Both the position numbers and the translations under genes were made by a program. Of a stretch of DNA of 64,000 nucleotides, positions 51,467-62,108 are shown piece by piece (positions within the stretch are counted from its first letter, which is position 1; each line of letters opens with the position of its first letter). Source of the DNA: an uncultured Alphaproteobacteria bacterium. GTDB lineage: Bacteria; Pseudomonadota; Alphaproteobacteria; CAWBKL01. Below the pieces are notes generated by a model that saw only the letters and a list, made by a program, of their open reading frames with translations, was not told where the DNA came from and made no database searches. Location of the stretch: NCBI GenBank assembly GCA_963789405.1, contig CAWBKL010000007.1, positions 70,276 to 134,275 on the forward strand. Reading direction: 5' to 3'.

Positions 51467-53998
51467 TTAGAACCTCTTGACGATGCCGATGCGCAAGAGA
51501 CTTTCCGAGTTGCGGAAAAAATCGACGCCGGTGACATAGTTGACGTTGTAGGAGGCGTAGCGCGTCCAGGTGTAGTCGAACCTCATGTGCCAAGTCTTTT
51601 TGAGCGGCATCTCGACGCCGCCACCAAGGCGCAGTCCGGCGCGGTCGACATCCGGCGTCACATAATTGATGCCGTGTTCGTCGTTGTACTTGTTCTTGAA
51701 CCGGGTCTCGGCAATGCCGACACGACCGTAGACCAGCGTGTTGGACTCGAAGATGTACCCAGCACGCAGCGAGGCGCCGAGCGTATAATCCTTTGCGACG
51801 GAATAGATGCGTCCGGTCGGATCGCGCTCGATATTCCAATCGGCGTTGCTGAACTCAGCTTCTATCTCGGCGCCGAGATAAACATTGCCGACTGTCACCC
51901 CATAGCCGCCGAAGAGCCCACCTGTCGCGCCGGAACCGGCCCGCTGAGCCGTCAATGTCTGCGGTGGATTACGATCGCCCGCGTTCCGGGAAATCAAGGT
52001 GCCGAAGCCCGCCTGCAAGCCGGCATACAGGCCACCGAAATCGGCTTTTGCAGGCGGCGCAGCCTTTGTCGCAGCACCCAAATGGTATATCGCACCAAAC
52101 CGCACCAAATTTTCATCGTTGGCGAAATTGTCAGCCGTTTGAGCGGGCATCACGTCGTAATCGGCGTATGAGGTGTGCGTGTATTCCACGCGCCCGAAGA
52201 GATTTCGCCAGAGCGGAAATTCGACGCCTCCGCCGATGCGCAGTCCGCGCTGATATCCGGCGGGGCGCACATAATGCATGTTCTGTTGATAGGGCGTGGC
52301 GAATTGCGCCGCCACGCCGCCGAACCGACCATAGAGAAGTATATTATTGTCAAGCTCGTAACCGAACCGCGCGGCCAGCTCATAGCTGTCGAGCTTACGC
52401 ACACCATAAATGCGCGTGCCGCCGGTGCCGTTGTACAACCAATGCTGAGAGCCCATTGCGGCGCCCGCTTCAAGGCCCAGATAGATACGTCTGATTACTA
52501 CGCCATAACCGGCAACAACGTCTCCTTGCCAGCCATTATTGCCAAAGTCCGCCGTGAGCGAGCCGCCGGCGCCGGGCGGGCCATCGAGCGCGGTTGTCAG
52601 TGTGCCGTTGCCGGCAAGCAGGCCGACAAAGAACCCGGACAATGATGAATCTTCATTAGGCTGAGTAAACTTCTTGAAGCCACTGCTATAGGCCGGCGCA
52701 AGCTGCGCGCCGAGGCGTATCCACACACGATTCTCATTGAAATCCGCAGACGCAGCATTTGAGATCCGATGCAGGAAGGTGTAGCCGGTGCCGACATAGA
52801 AGCGCGGCAGGAAATAGTACTTTGCACTCAGCCCGGCGTCGCTGACATAGTCTATGCGGTTGATCTCGAGATACTCATTGGCCGAATAGTAGAAGTGACC
52901 GCTTAGAGAGAGGTCCGGACGGACCATCTGCTCCACAGTGGCGCCCGCTGCCGTGCGCAGATAGCCCGGCGAGCCAGGCAAGGTGGTTTCTTCGATGCTG
53001 CGATCGAGCGAAACACGCAGCTGCGTTCCCGGTGCCGGCCGCCAATTAAGACGCGCGCCGAAATCAGGCTCGGTAACTTCGGAGAACCGTGCGTCGTCGT
53101 AGTCCTGCGCGAATGCACCGCCATAGATCTCGCCATCGAGCGCAGCTGTCAGCTTGACGCTCAAGCCCGCGGCAACGCGAAAGCCGGTCGAGGAACGTCG
53201 ATAACCGAAATCATCGAGCGCGCTGTCGTAATCACGAATTACCCAATAGGCCTGCGCGAATGGCTGCACATTCGAGCTTGAGCGATAGCTGACGCGTGCG
53301 CCAGCCTCGTATTCCGTGCGGTCGCGATCCGCGTTATCGATAAGACCGAGGCTCGACCGCACGTCGTCATAGGCATAGGTGTTAACTGTACCGCCGGCAC
53401 GCACGACGAACTTGCCGAGGCTCTGCACCAATCCGATATAATAGTCGCCGGTTTCGTAGCGCGTCGGCTCAAGACCGTTAACGGCGTCTGGCGACTCGCG
53501 GGATTCATGCGTCCAGTCATATTGTACGCCGCCCAACAATGAAGTTTTCGGCCCTAGCGTGAGCCTTCCGTCGCCAGCTGCAAAGAAGTCGTCATAATTC
53601 TCGCTGGTAGAACGCGCGTAGCGGCCGATCTCAGCGCCGGCACGCAAATTGAGATCGTTTCTCGGCTTGCCCATCGCCGCAGTGACGACCGGCGAGAAGC
53701 TCATGATCCAGTCACTCTCCTTATTGTTCTTAGTGACGAAGATATTGTCGGAGAACATCTCGTTAGCGGAAGCCGCGATATTGAGCTTGAACGGGCCAAG
53801 TCCGAGATCTTCGACCGGCGAATTTGAGACCGGCGTTTCAACAGGGGTCGGGTCTTGATCCGGTGTCTTTGTCAGGTCACCACGCGTCTCGGAGGTTGCC
53901 TGCGAAGGCAAAGCGGCAAGCGCTATGATGGCACTGCACAGCAGCCGCAATCTGAATTGTGTGTTTGAACGTACCAAACTACGAAACGCGGCAACCAT
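51467..53998 (-). CDS. Outer-membrane beta-barrel protein, multi-barrel fusion
   Basis: Signal peptide; about 400-aa barrel ending ENRVWIRLGAQL; then two Omp25/RopB-like repeats (GFFVGL.AG...LYGRFG...GGGVE; GLYAGL.AG...VYGRVG...GGGVE); terminal Phe. Confidence 0.78.
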   Translation of the reverse strand: MVAAFRSLVRSNTQFRLRLLCSAIIALAALPSQATSETRGDLTKTPDQDPTPVETPVSNSPVEDLGLGPFKLNIAASANEMFSDNIFVTKNNKESDWIMSFSPVVTAAMGKPRNDLNLRAGAEIGRYARSTSENYDDFFAAGDGRLTLGPKTSLLGGVQYDWTHESRESPDAVNGLEPTRYETGDYYIGLVQSLGKFVVRAGGTVNTYAYDDVRSSLGLIDNADRDRTEYEAGARVSYRSSSNVQPFAQAYWVIRDYDSALDDFGYRRSSTGFRVAAGLSVKLTAALDGEIYGGAFAQDYDDARFSEVTEPDFGARLNWRPAPGTQLRVSLDRSIEETTLPGSPGYLRTAAGATVEQMVRPDLSLSGHFYYSANEYLEINRIDYVSDAGLSAKYYFLPRFYVGTGYTFLHRISNAASADFNENRVWIRLGAQLAPAYSSGFKKFTQPNEDSSLSGFFVGLLAGNGTLTTALDGPPGAGGSLTADFGNNGWQGDVVAGYGVVIRRIYLGLEAGAAMGSQHWLYNGTGGTRIYGVRKLDSYELAARFGYELDNNILLYGRFGGVAAQFATPYQQNMHYVRPAGYQRGLRIGGGVEFPLWRNLFGRVEYTHTSYADYDVMPAQTADNFANDENLVRFGAIYHLGAATKAAPPAKADFGGLYAGLQAGFGTLISRNAGDRNPPQTLTAQRAGSGATGGLFGGYGVTVGNVYLGAEIEAEFSNADWNIERDPTGRIYSVAKDYTLGASLRAGYIFESNTLVYGRVGIAETRFKNKYNDEHGINYVTPDVDRAGLRLGGGVEMPLKKTWHMRFDYTWTRYASYNVNYVTGVDFFRNSESLLRIGIVKRF

Positions 53999-54235
53999 AC
54001 GCCAGCCACGCCTTCCTTTACACCGAGCTGAAGCGGATGCTCTAAGTCAAATAGCTTTCGGAAGGCTTGATCAGAAACGAAACGCCACGCGGTGAACCCG
54101 GGAGAGTTCAAATTCGTCCGTCGCGTCTCTGCAGATCACCGCAGAAATCCAGCGTTGTATGGATTGTGCGTGAATGGAGTACGTAGTGTTACGCATCGGC
54201 TTGAAGCGCGCAGGATTATTGTATCGCGCGTTGCG

Positions 54236-56075
54236 TCACGATCCGCCATTAGCCGATGGAAGATCGCTTGCCGGCTTTACGATCAGCTTGGGCAGCGCGC
54301 CTGGCGGCTTTGGCGGCGCGGGGTTGTCGATCCAGTTCGTGTGCTCCGAGATCTTCACCAGCGGCAGATGGACCGCCGATGGGTGCTCCGCATCGTGGAA
54401 AATCTTCTGCTGCGCCACGACGAGATCTTTCTCCGTATACGAATTAAGATCGACGAACTTGTTGGGATTGCGTTCGAGATAAGGAAACTTGCCGGAGGTA
54501 ACGACCACGCGGATGCGGTGGCCCGGCTTGAACACGATCGATGTCGCGCGCAGGTCAAGCTCATAGCGATTGATCTCGCCCGGCACCACGGCTTCAGGCT
54601 TAGTGCGCGATTTGCGATAGCGGGCGCGGGCCACGCCTTCCGTCACCAGAAGCGAGCGGCCATCGGGCGTGACGTCATGCAGCTCGATGAACCAATCGGT
54701 GTCGGTTGAGGATGTCGATGCATAAAGCTCGGCCGTCACCCAGCCGCTGGCCTCGACGGCTTCCTTCAAAGGCGCGCCCGTGTAGATGAGGACATTCTTG
54801 CCCAGCTGATAATTGCCGAGCGCACTCATGCCGCCCGCAATGCCGGGCGCGGTGTAAGGAATTTCCGGATCGTAGTGGAAGCTGTCCGAAGCTTCGCTCG
54901 CGGCGGGCTTTTCGGCCGACAACCCGCCATCGGCGCGGAATAGAACGGCGTTTGACGTCGTGCCCGGCAGCGGCCAGGAAGGCTCGGCGCGCCAGCGATT
55001 CTCGCCCATGACATAGAGAATAACCTTGTGCGCCTCGTTGGGCGCGGCGTTCCCGCTCTTCACCCAATGATCCTGCCAACCGGCGACCGAGTGCGCTCAT
55101 AGTCGACCGCCGCACCGGGAAAGCGCGTCTCGCCAGCCACTTCTTCGCCAAGGCCGCCATGGCGCCAGGGCCCGATGATCAGCCTTTGCGCATCACGCAC
55201 TTTCGCATCCTTGGCATTGGCCGAGACGAGCTCGATAGTGGCGGATCGAGTTGCGCACAAACGGATCGAACCACGCGCCGATATGCAACAGCGGCACTTT
55301 CACATTCGCCGCGCGCTCCGCCGTCGTTGCCAACTCATCGAAAAATGCCGGGTCATCGCGGTGCTTGAGCACATCGCCCCAGAGTGAGGGGAATTTGCGC
55401 TGAAACACGATTTCTTTAACCGGCAGGTTCAAGTAGACGCGATTACCCGCTTGCGTGAACTCTTGGAGCTCGCCCGCCACAACGGCGCGCTCGGCCTCCG
55501 GCATGCGCAACATCAAATTCGAGCCGGCCAACACCGTCCAAAACCCAACCTCGATGCGAAACACGCCATCGATAAAGCGCTCCTCCGTGAAGACGTCGGT
55601 CGCAGGCTGGAGCGAGAACGCCGGCTTTAAGGTGATCGGGTGCAGCGAGCGCCGCGGCAATCGTTGTGTGGCCGAGATAGGAAAGCCCCCAAGCACCGAC
55701 GGCGCCATTGCTCCATGGCTGGCGCGCCAGCCATTCGATCGTGTCATAGCCGTCGCGGTTCTTGCCGATGCCATCATTGTTCATGACGCCGGTAAAGACA
55801 CCTTCCGATCCGTGAATGCCGCGCACATCCTGCACAGCCACGACATAGCCGAGGCGCGCGAGGCCGACTGCGCCACTGGGATCGGCGCTTGCGCTCGCCA
55901 CGAGCATCCCGCCCTTGCCATAAGGCGTGCGCGTCACCAGTACAGGGAAACGGTCTGACGCGGGCGATGAGCCGTCGGCCGACGGGATATAAATGTCGGT
56001 TGCGAGCCGCACCCCATCACGCATCGGAATCATCACATCGCGGTAGCTCAACACCGCCTCGATTGCCGTCTCCAT
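54236..56075 (-). CDS. CocE/NonD family serine hydrolase (frameshifted)
   Basis: IPMRDGVRLATD, RTPYGK, QDVRG..SEG, GLSYLG, GAWFD, IGPWRH; C-terminal FKPGHRIRV. Confidence 0.88.
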
Positions 56076-56313
56076 GGTCGTCTCACTCCCGTCAGTTTCT
56101 TGGCACCGATGATGAAATGATCGGCAAGCCAATCCAAGCCGGCCGAATGTGACGAGCCGACATCAAAGTGTGTTCGGCACCACCGGCGGCAATGCCAGGC
56201 AATGGTCAGGCCCCCGAATGGACTCGCGGTGGCGCTCTCTCTAGGATCGATAGCGACTGCCGAAGAAGACGGCTCAAGCGCCGCCACACGCGCAAGAAAT
56301 TTGGGAGGAAGGG

Positions 56314-57177
56314 ATGGCAAAGAACAACACGATAACACTCTACGATTTGCAGTTGCGAACAGGCGCAACCATCAGCCCCTTTGTATGGGCGACGAAATAT
56401 GCGCTGGCGCACAAGGGCTTCAACATCGACATCGTGCCCGGCGGCTTCACCGGCATCATGGAGCGCACCGGCGGCAAGAGCGAGCGCCTGCCGGCCATCG
56501 TCGATGACGGCAATTGGGTGCTCGATAGCTGGCTGATTGCCGAATATCTCGACGAGAAATATCCCGACCGCCCGAACCTGATCGGCGGCAAGCAGGGCAA
56601 GGTCGCCACGCTGTTCATCGAGCAATGGCTGTGGGGCAATGTGCTCAGCCCGTGGATGCCGAACATCGTCCAGGACTACAGAGACATGTCGCTCGACGTC
56701 GACCACGAATACATCACGCGCACGCGCACGCGCCCAGGCACCACGCTGGAGGAAACGCAGGCCGGCCGCGAAGAGCGCCTCGGCAAAGTGCCACCTAAGC
56801 TTGAGCTCATGCGCACGGTATTGCGCGAGACCCCATGGCTCGGCGGCGACAGCCCCAACTACACCGACTATCGCGCGCTCGCGGTGTTCCTCTTCATGGC
56901 GTCGGTCGCAACGACCCCGGTTCTGACCGATGACGATCCGATCAGAGATTGGGTCGACCGCGGCTTCGATCTTTATCCGGGCGTGGGCGGCCACCCGGGC
57001 GGTCTCGGACGCCATCCAGGCCTGCATCCGCTGTTCGGCCTCAAGCTGCGTCCTGATGATCCAGAGCCGTTCGTCAAGAATGCGATGGGCAGCGGCCTTA
57101 ATCGGCGCAACACCGGCCCTGACTCCACGCGCGCCGAAACCGAAAAATTCCAGCAGAGAATACGCGAAGCGAACTAA
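56314..57177 (+). CDS. ligE: Beta-etherase LigE/LigP (GST superfamily)
   Basis: MAKNNTITLYDLQL..G.TISPFVW.TKYAL.HKGF.IDIVPGGFTGI.ERTGG, VLDSW.IAEYLDEKYPDRP and GLGRHPG..PLFGL are near-diagnostic for LigE. Confidence 0.93.
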   Translation: MAKNNTITLYDLQLRTGATISPFVWATKYALAHKGFNIDIVPGGFTGIMERTGGKSERLPAIVDDGNWVLDSWLIAEYLDEKYPDRPNLIGGKQGKVATLFIEQWLWGNVLSPWMPNIVQDYRDMSLDVDHEYITRTRTRPGTTLEETQAGREERLGKVPPKLELMRTVLRETPWLGGDSPNYTDYRALAVFLFMASVATTPVLTDDDPIRDWVDRGFDLYPGVGGHPGGLGRHPGLHPLFGLKLRPDDPEPFVKNAMGSGLNRRNTGPDSTRAETEKFQQRIREAN

Positions 57178-57189
57178 CAAGCGCGCATC

Positions 57190-57216
57190 GGGTGGCGGCC
57201 CTCAAAGGCCGCCGCT
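57190..57216 (+). terminator. Hairpin downstream of ligE
   Basis: GGCGGCC-ctcaaa-GGCCGCC stem; weak U-tract. Confidence 0.35.
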
Positions 57217-57307
57217 CACGCCTATTTGACAGCGGGATGCTTACCCGAAATTGACGGGTTCATCCTAAGTTAACAGCCTCAGCGTGAGTGGCGGCGAGGC
57301 GTAAGGC

Positions 57308-59908
57308 GTGGGGATCGGGGGCAATTGGACAAGGCCGCATCCGGCGATTGCGTTTCTCGGCATTTTCGCAGCGCTCCTGCTGATCGCCCCCGCGCCGGGC
57401 CGCGCCGCGAGCCTCAAAGATTTCGCAAGCTTCACTAAAGACCTCGCCAAGAGCGATGGGCTGTTTACCGTCTATCGCGACAAGAAGACCGGCGAAGCCT
57501 ATCTCGCGGTGAAGGCCGACCAGCTCGGCAAGGACTTCATCCAATTCGCCGCGACCGTCGATGCCGTGGCGGAGGCCGACAGCTACAGAGGCGATTTCCG
57601 CCAGACGCGCATCATCAAGATTGCGCGCCATTACCAGCGCCTCGAATTCGTCGCGCAAAACACGAATTACACTTTCAATCCCAAAAGCGCGCTTTCGCGT
57701 GCGGCCGGCGCCGACATCTCGAATGCGGTTGTCGCTTCGGAGACGATCGTGGCCGCAACGCCCGATGAAAGCACGCTCCTGATCAGCGCTGACGATCTGC
57801 TTCTGGAAGAGAACTTCACCCAGGTGCGTCCCACCGACGACCCGAACAACAAGAATGGCGAAGAATACCAGCTCGGCAAATTGTCTTCCGACAAGACGCG
57901 GCTTTCCGAGATCAACAATTTTCCTGAAAACACGAATTTCGTTATCGATTATGTCTATGACAACCCGCAGCCGCTCAACTATGGCGGCACTGACATAACC
58001 GACGGGCGCTATGTCACGGTCAAAGTACAGGAAAGCCTGATCGAGCTTCCGCCGTCGGATTACACGCCGCGGCGCGACGATTATCGCATCGGCTATTTCA
58101 CGCAAGAGCGCACCGATCTCACATCGACCTCGGCCGCGCCTTATGCCGATGTAATCGACCGCTGGAATTTGAAAAAGAAAGACCCCGCTGCCGCGCTTTC
58201 CGAGCCGGTCAAGCCGATCACCTATTGGATCGAGAACACGACGCCGCGCGCATTCCGTCCCGCCATCAAGAAGGCCGTGCTGGCGTGGAACAAGGCCTTC
58301 GAAGCGGCAGGCTTCAAGAACGCGATCGAGGTCAAGGAACAGCCTGATAATGCCGATTGGGGCGCGGGCGACATCCGCTACAATCTCATCAGATGGACCG
58401 CGGCGCCCAATCCGCGATTCTCCGGCTACGGACCATCGCTCGCTAACCCCTTAACCGGCGAAATCATCCATGCCGACATCATGATCGATTACGGCTTCAT
58501 CACCAAACGGCTGCGCCGTGAGGAAATCTTCGGCACGGGCAACGACAAGGCCGAGCGCGACACGCCAGAGCGCGCAGGTGAAGATGGGCAAGGCGCCGAG
58601 CATTGCGACTACAGCCGCATGCTTCAATACAATCTGATGCTGGGCAAGGCGGCGCTCGAAGCGCGTGGTGCGAGCACGCTTGATGAAAAGCGCATGATTG
58701 ATGAAGCGGTGCAGGCGCTTGTTTTACACGAGGTCGGCCACACGCTGGGCCTCACGCATAATTTCAAAGCTTCGAGCATTCGTCCGCTAGCGGAGCTTCA
58801 AGACACGGACATGAACAAATATCCGATCACCGGATCGGTGATGGATTATCTGCCGGTCAATCTTGCGCTCAAGGGCCAGAAGCAGGGCGTCTATTTCCAG
58901 GATCAGCCCGGCCCTTACGACGTCTGGGCGATCCAGTATGGCTACACGCCCGCCCTCGCCGATGCCAAGGCGGAAGCCGCGCGTGAACAAAAGCTGCTGG
59001 CGCGCTCGGCGAGCCCTGAGCTCGCTTTCGGCAATGATTTTGATGATATGAAAGACATCGGCGACGGCATCGATCCGCATGTGATGGAAGGCGATCTTTC
59101 CGCGGATCCGGTGGCTTGGGCGAATGCGCGTATCGGCCTCATCGACGACACGATGGCGGACCTCAAAGCCAAGTTCATCAAGCCCGATGCTTCTTATCAA
59201 GCGCTGCGCACCGCTTACGCCGTGCTCACCGACGAGATCTCGAAATCGGCAGATGTGCTCTCACGCTATATCGGCGGCATCTATGTCGAGCGCGCCGCGC
59301 CCGATGCGCCGGGTGCGAAGCCGCCTTTCACGCCGGTGCCGCTGGCAACGCAAAAGGCCGCGCTCGCCGCGCTTGCAAAGCGCATTTTCGCGCCCGATGC
59401 TTTCGATGTGCCGGCCGATCTTGCACGCTATCTCCAAATCCAGCGCCGCGGCTTCGATCTTTCCGGCGACACCGAAGACCCGAAAATCCTGCAGCGCGCG
59501 CTCACCATTCAGACCAACGTCATCCGCCAGCTGATCTATCCGACAACGCTTGCGCGGCTTTCCAACTCGTCCCTTTATGGCAACGCCTACCCGGTCGATG
59601 CGTTCTTGAGCGATCTGACGGCAGCGATTTTCGATGCCGACAAGAACTCGAACGTCAACGCGTTTCGCCAGAATTTGCAGACGGTCTATGTCGAGAGCTT
59701 TGCGAACGTGATCGGCAATCAAGGAGTCGGGCGGCAATATGATGCAGTGGCACGCGCCGCAATCCTTCATCAACTCAAGAAGATCGATACGCTCGAAGCC
59801 AATCGCCTCTTGTTCCGCTGGTTCGGGCTTGAAGACGCACAAACGATTGCGCATCGCGAGCATATGCGCCTCATCATTGCTCGCGCCCTCTCAACCTCCG
59901 ACGGCTAG
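57308..59908 (+). CDS. Secreted zinc-dependent metalloprotease (metzincin, DUF5117/DUF4953-type)
   Basis: HEVGHTLGLTHNF zinc motif, SVMDY Met-turn, D.RIGYF, WNKAFEAAGF; signal-like N-terminus. Confidence 0.9.
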   Translation: MGIGGNWTRPHPAIAFLGIFAALLLIAPAPGRAASLKDFASFTKDLAKSDGLFTVYRDKKTGEAYLAVKADQLGKDFIQFAATVDAVAEADSYRGDFRQTRIIKIARHYQRLEFVAQNTNYTFNPKSALSRAAGADISNAVVASETIVAATPDESTLLISADDLLLEENFTQVRPTDDPNNKNGEEYQLGKLSSDKTRLSEINNFPENTNFVIDYVYDNPQPLNYGGTDITDGRYVTVKVQESLIELPPSDYTPRRDDYRIGYFTQERTDLTSTSAAPYADVIDRWNLKKKDPAAALSEPVKPITYWIENTTPRAFRPAIKKAVLAWNKAFEAAGFKNAIEVKEQPDNADWGAGDIRYNLIRWTAAPNPRFSGYGPSLANPLTGEIIHADIMIDYGFITKRLRREEIFGTGNDKAERDTPERAGEDGQGAEHCDYSRMLQYNLMLGKAALEARGASTLDEKRMIDEAVQALVLHEVGHTLGLTHNFKASSIRPLAELQDTDMNKYPITGSVMDYLPVNLALKGQKQGVYFQDQPGPYDVWAIQYGYTPALADAKAEAAREQKLLARSASPELAFGNDFDDMKDIGDGIDPHVMEGDLSADPVAWANARIGLIDDTMADLKAKFIKPDASYQALRTAYAVLTDEISKSADVLSRYIGGIYVERAAPDAPGAKPPFTPVPLATQKAALAALAKRIFAPDAFDVPADLARYLQIQRRGFDLSGDTEDPKILQRALTIQTNVIRQLIYPTTLARLSNSSLYGNAYPVDAFLSDLTAAIFDADKNSNVNAFRQNLQTVYVESFANVIGNQGVGRQYDAVARAAILHQLKKIDTLEANRLLFRWFGLEDAQTIAHREHMRLIIARALSTSDG

Positions 59909-60004
59909 CGCAGTTTCCGGCAGCGTCGCTGCCAAAAATCGAGTAAGCTGTCGCAGCAGAACTGCCACCCTAATTGTACCCTAGCAGCCCAGGTTTTCGC
60001 TGCC

Positions 60005-60436
60005 ATGAACGCATCCAATCGTTCGCTTTACGATGAGATCGGTGGATTTGACGTCGTTCTGGCGCTGTGCCGGCGATGGCATACGCTCTGCTTAGCGGAC
60101 CCCGTGGCCGCGCACCCCTTCGAGCACGAACTCCATCCTCAGCACGACGAGCGCCTCGCGGCGTACTTGACCGAAGCGTTTGGCGGACCCGCGCTCTACA
60201 CAGCCGGGTATGGCGACGAGACTCATGTCCAGCGCATGCATGCCGGCAATGGAGTGCACATAGAGCTGGACGAGGCTTGTCTCGCCAGATTTGACGAGGC
60301 TCTGAGTGACGTGGGAATCACCGAGCCCCATGCTGCACGTATCTCGGCATACTTCAGATCAGCCACGGAGGCTCAACGCGCTTGGGCCAATGATCCCTCC
60401 GCGGTGCCCCGCGGGCTCCCTCTCAAGTTCGCTTAA
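60005..60436 (+). CDS. Truncated hemoglobin/globin-like protein
   Basis: SLYDEIGG, H..RLA.Y..EAFGGP..Y, RMH. Confidence 0.8.
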   Translation: MNASNRSLYDEIGGFDVVLALCRRWHTLCLADPVAAHPFEHELHPQHDERLAAYLTEAFGGPALYTAGYGDETHVQRMHAGNGVHIELDEACLARFDEALSDVGITEPHAARISAYFRSATEAQRAWANDPSAVPRGLPLKFA

Positions 60437-60460
60437 AGGGAGAAGTGCAGCCGATAGCAA

Positions 60461-60694
60461 TTACTCCGCCGCGGCCGCGCCGGGAGCGCCTCGCCGCTTG
60501 GTGATGTAGGGCAGCGCGAACAGGTAAAGCCCGGTGACGAGCAGGAAGATGAGCGGCAGCAACGCAGTAAGACCGATCAAGATGCCGGGCTTTTGCCCCA
60601 GTGCGAACACGTCGATTGTGTTGGCAATGAAACCCAGCGTGAAGGCGATCGACACCCAGCGGTGAAATTGCCGAATCCATTTATTCCAATGCAA
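60461..60694 (-). CDS. Small two-helix membrane protein
   Basis: RQFHRWVSIAFT...TGLYLF.LPY; downstream of the ArsR-SRPBCC pair. Confidence 0.7.
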   Translation of the reverse strand: MHWNKWIRQFHRWVSIAFTLGFIANTIDVFALGQKPGILIGLTALLPLIFLLVTGLYLFALPYITKRRGAPGAAAAE

Positions 60695-60734
60695 TTAAGC
60701 CTCCCGCGAAAATGAGCGCGCGCGTGCAGCGCTG

Positions 60735-61163
60735 TTAGTCCAGCCGCGCCAACACTTCCTCGAGCTTGGCAAAGAACCCGCGCCAGCCGGCATTGGCACC
60801 ACCAAACGCCTGCTTCTGATCCGGCCGGAAGCCGCTTTGCTCCATGCGCAAATGCGTGCCCGCGCTTGTCGGCGTGAGTGTGAAAGTGACAACGCTCTTC
60901 AGATTGAAGGCGGCATCCTCATGCGCATGATTCCAGGTGTAGGAGAGCATCTTGTTGGGCTCGACGGCGAGCACCTCGGCATCAAGCACGCCGCCCCACT
61001 CGCCGTGAAGCCCAAACTTGTGACCGACAAGCGGCTTGAAGTCATTCTTCATCAGCCACTCCTCGATCAGATGCGGCTGGGTGAGCGCGCGCCAGACTTT
61101 TTCCGGCGAGTGCGGAAACTCGCGCTCGATAACGACGGAACGTATTTCCGGCTTCTCGTTCAT
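60735..61163 (-). CDS. SRPBCC/AHSA1 domain protein
   Basis: ER....PEKVWRALT, LSYTW, GTHLRMEQSGF, GW. Confidence 0.88.
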   Translation of the reverse strand: MNEKPEIRSVVIEREFPHSPEKVWRALTQPHLIEEWLMKNDFKPLVGHKFGLHGEWGGVLDAEVLAVEPNKMLSYTWNHAHEDAAFNLKSVVTFTLTPTSAGTHLRMEQSGFRPDQKQAFGGANAGWRGFFAKLEEVLARLD

Positions 61164-61483
61164 TGATCCATCCTCTTGAGCAAATCTTCGAGCTTGTCGA
61201 ACCGGCCTTCCCAGAAGCCGGCCATCTGGTGCGTCCAGTCGATGAGCGGCGCGAGCGCACCGAGCTCTGCGCTGTAATGTGTTTGGCGGCCTTCGTGCCG
61301 GTCACGCACCAGCCCCGCCCGTTTCAAGAGCGCCAAATGCTTTGAGACGGCGGGCTGCGAAACACCGGCCTCAGCCGTCAGTGCACTGACGGTCTGATCG
61401 CCGTCGCGGCAAAGGCGCTCGAAGATCGCCCGTCGTGTCGGGTCGGCCAGCGCCCTGAACAGGGCATCATGGGGTTGCGGCAT
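61160..61483 (-). CDS. ArsR/SmtB family transcriptional regulator
   Basis: FRALADPTRRAI...SQPAVSKHL..LKRAGLV...GR; overlaps SRPBCC start. Confidence 0.92.
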   Translation of the reverse strand: MPQPHDALFRALADPTRRAIFERLCRDGDQTVSALTAEAGVSQPAVSKHLALLKRAGLVRDRHEGRQTHYSAELGALAPLIDWTHQMAGFWEGRFDKLEDLLKRMDQ

Positions 61484-61491
61484 GACAATCG

Positions 61492-61534
61492 ATAACTCAT
61501 TGGTTATTGATCAGACCAATAACCACCTGGTTAT
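61492..61534. promoter_or_regulatory. Tandem palindromic operators, probable ArsR autoregulation sites
   Basis: ATAACTCATTGGTTAT (61492-61507) and ATAACCACCTGGTTAT (61519-61534) lie just upstream of the arsR start. Confidence 0.65.
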
Positions 61535-61541
61535 GCGTTAG

Positions 61542-61928
61542 TCAAGCGGCAATAGACCGGGCTTGGCGGCTGGCGGTCGATTTGACCGGCGGCGGGCCGA
61601 AGCGGTTGTCGGCGCGCTGGCCGGGCATCGAGCCGAGCATGAGGGCCTGACACAGTCCCGCGAGCGGGATCGGCGCGAGCAAAATCCACCAGCCGGACCA
61701 GCCGATATCGTGCATGCGCCGGATACAGGCCGAGAAGGTGATCCAGCTGCCCATCCCAAGAACGATCAGAAACAAAGCCGAGATGGCAGGCGTCGGATGC
61801 TGGTGAAGCTTGGCGATCGTGAGCGCGAGCCACGCCGTGCCGGTCATGAAGCCGCCGAACAGCGAGGTCATGGCAAATCCTAACCGTCCGGTGCGGCTGT
61901 GAAGGCTCCACATCGCCGGGTCTCCCAA
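61542..61928 (-). CDS. DUF805 family membrane protein
   Basis: IRRMHDIGWSGWWILL...PG....NRFGPPP signature. Confidence 0.8.
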   Translation of the reverse strand: MGDPAMWSLHSRTGRLGFAMTSLFGGFMTGTAWLALTIAKLHQHPTPAISALFLIVLGMGSWITFSACIRRMHDIGWSGWWILLAPIPLAGLCQALMLGSMPGQRADNRFGPPPVKSTASRQARSIAA

Positions 61929-62108
61929 TGGGACAGAAGCAGTGCGCGCTCATCGCGCCTTGGGCGAGTTGCAAGCCGCGTTCCTCCGCACCCGCCGGAG
62001 CCAATTGTTGAAAGAAAGCAGCCAGCGCCCTTTGTTCCCTGATTGTTCCGAGCTAGTCTCGTATCTTTAAGCCAAGGCGATGTTTCAAAGGCGGGCGGTC
62101 TTTTCGGC

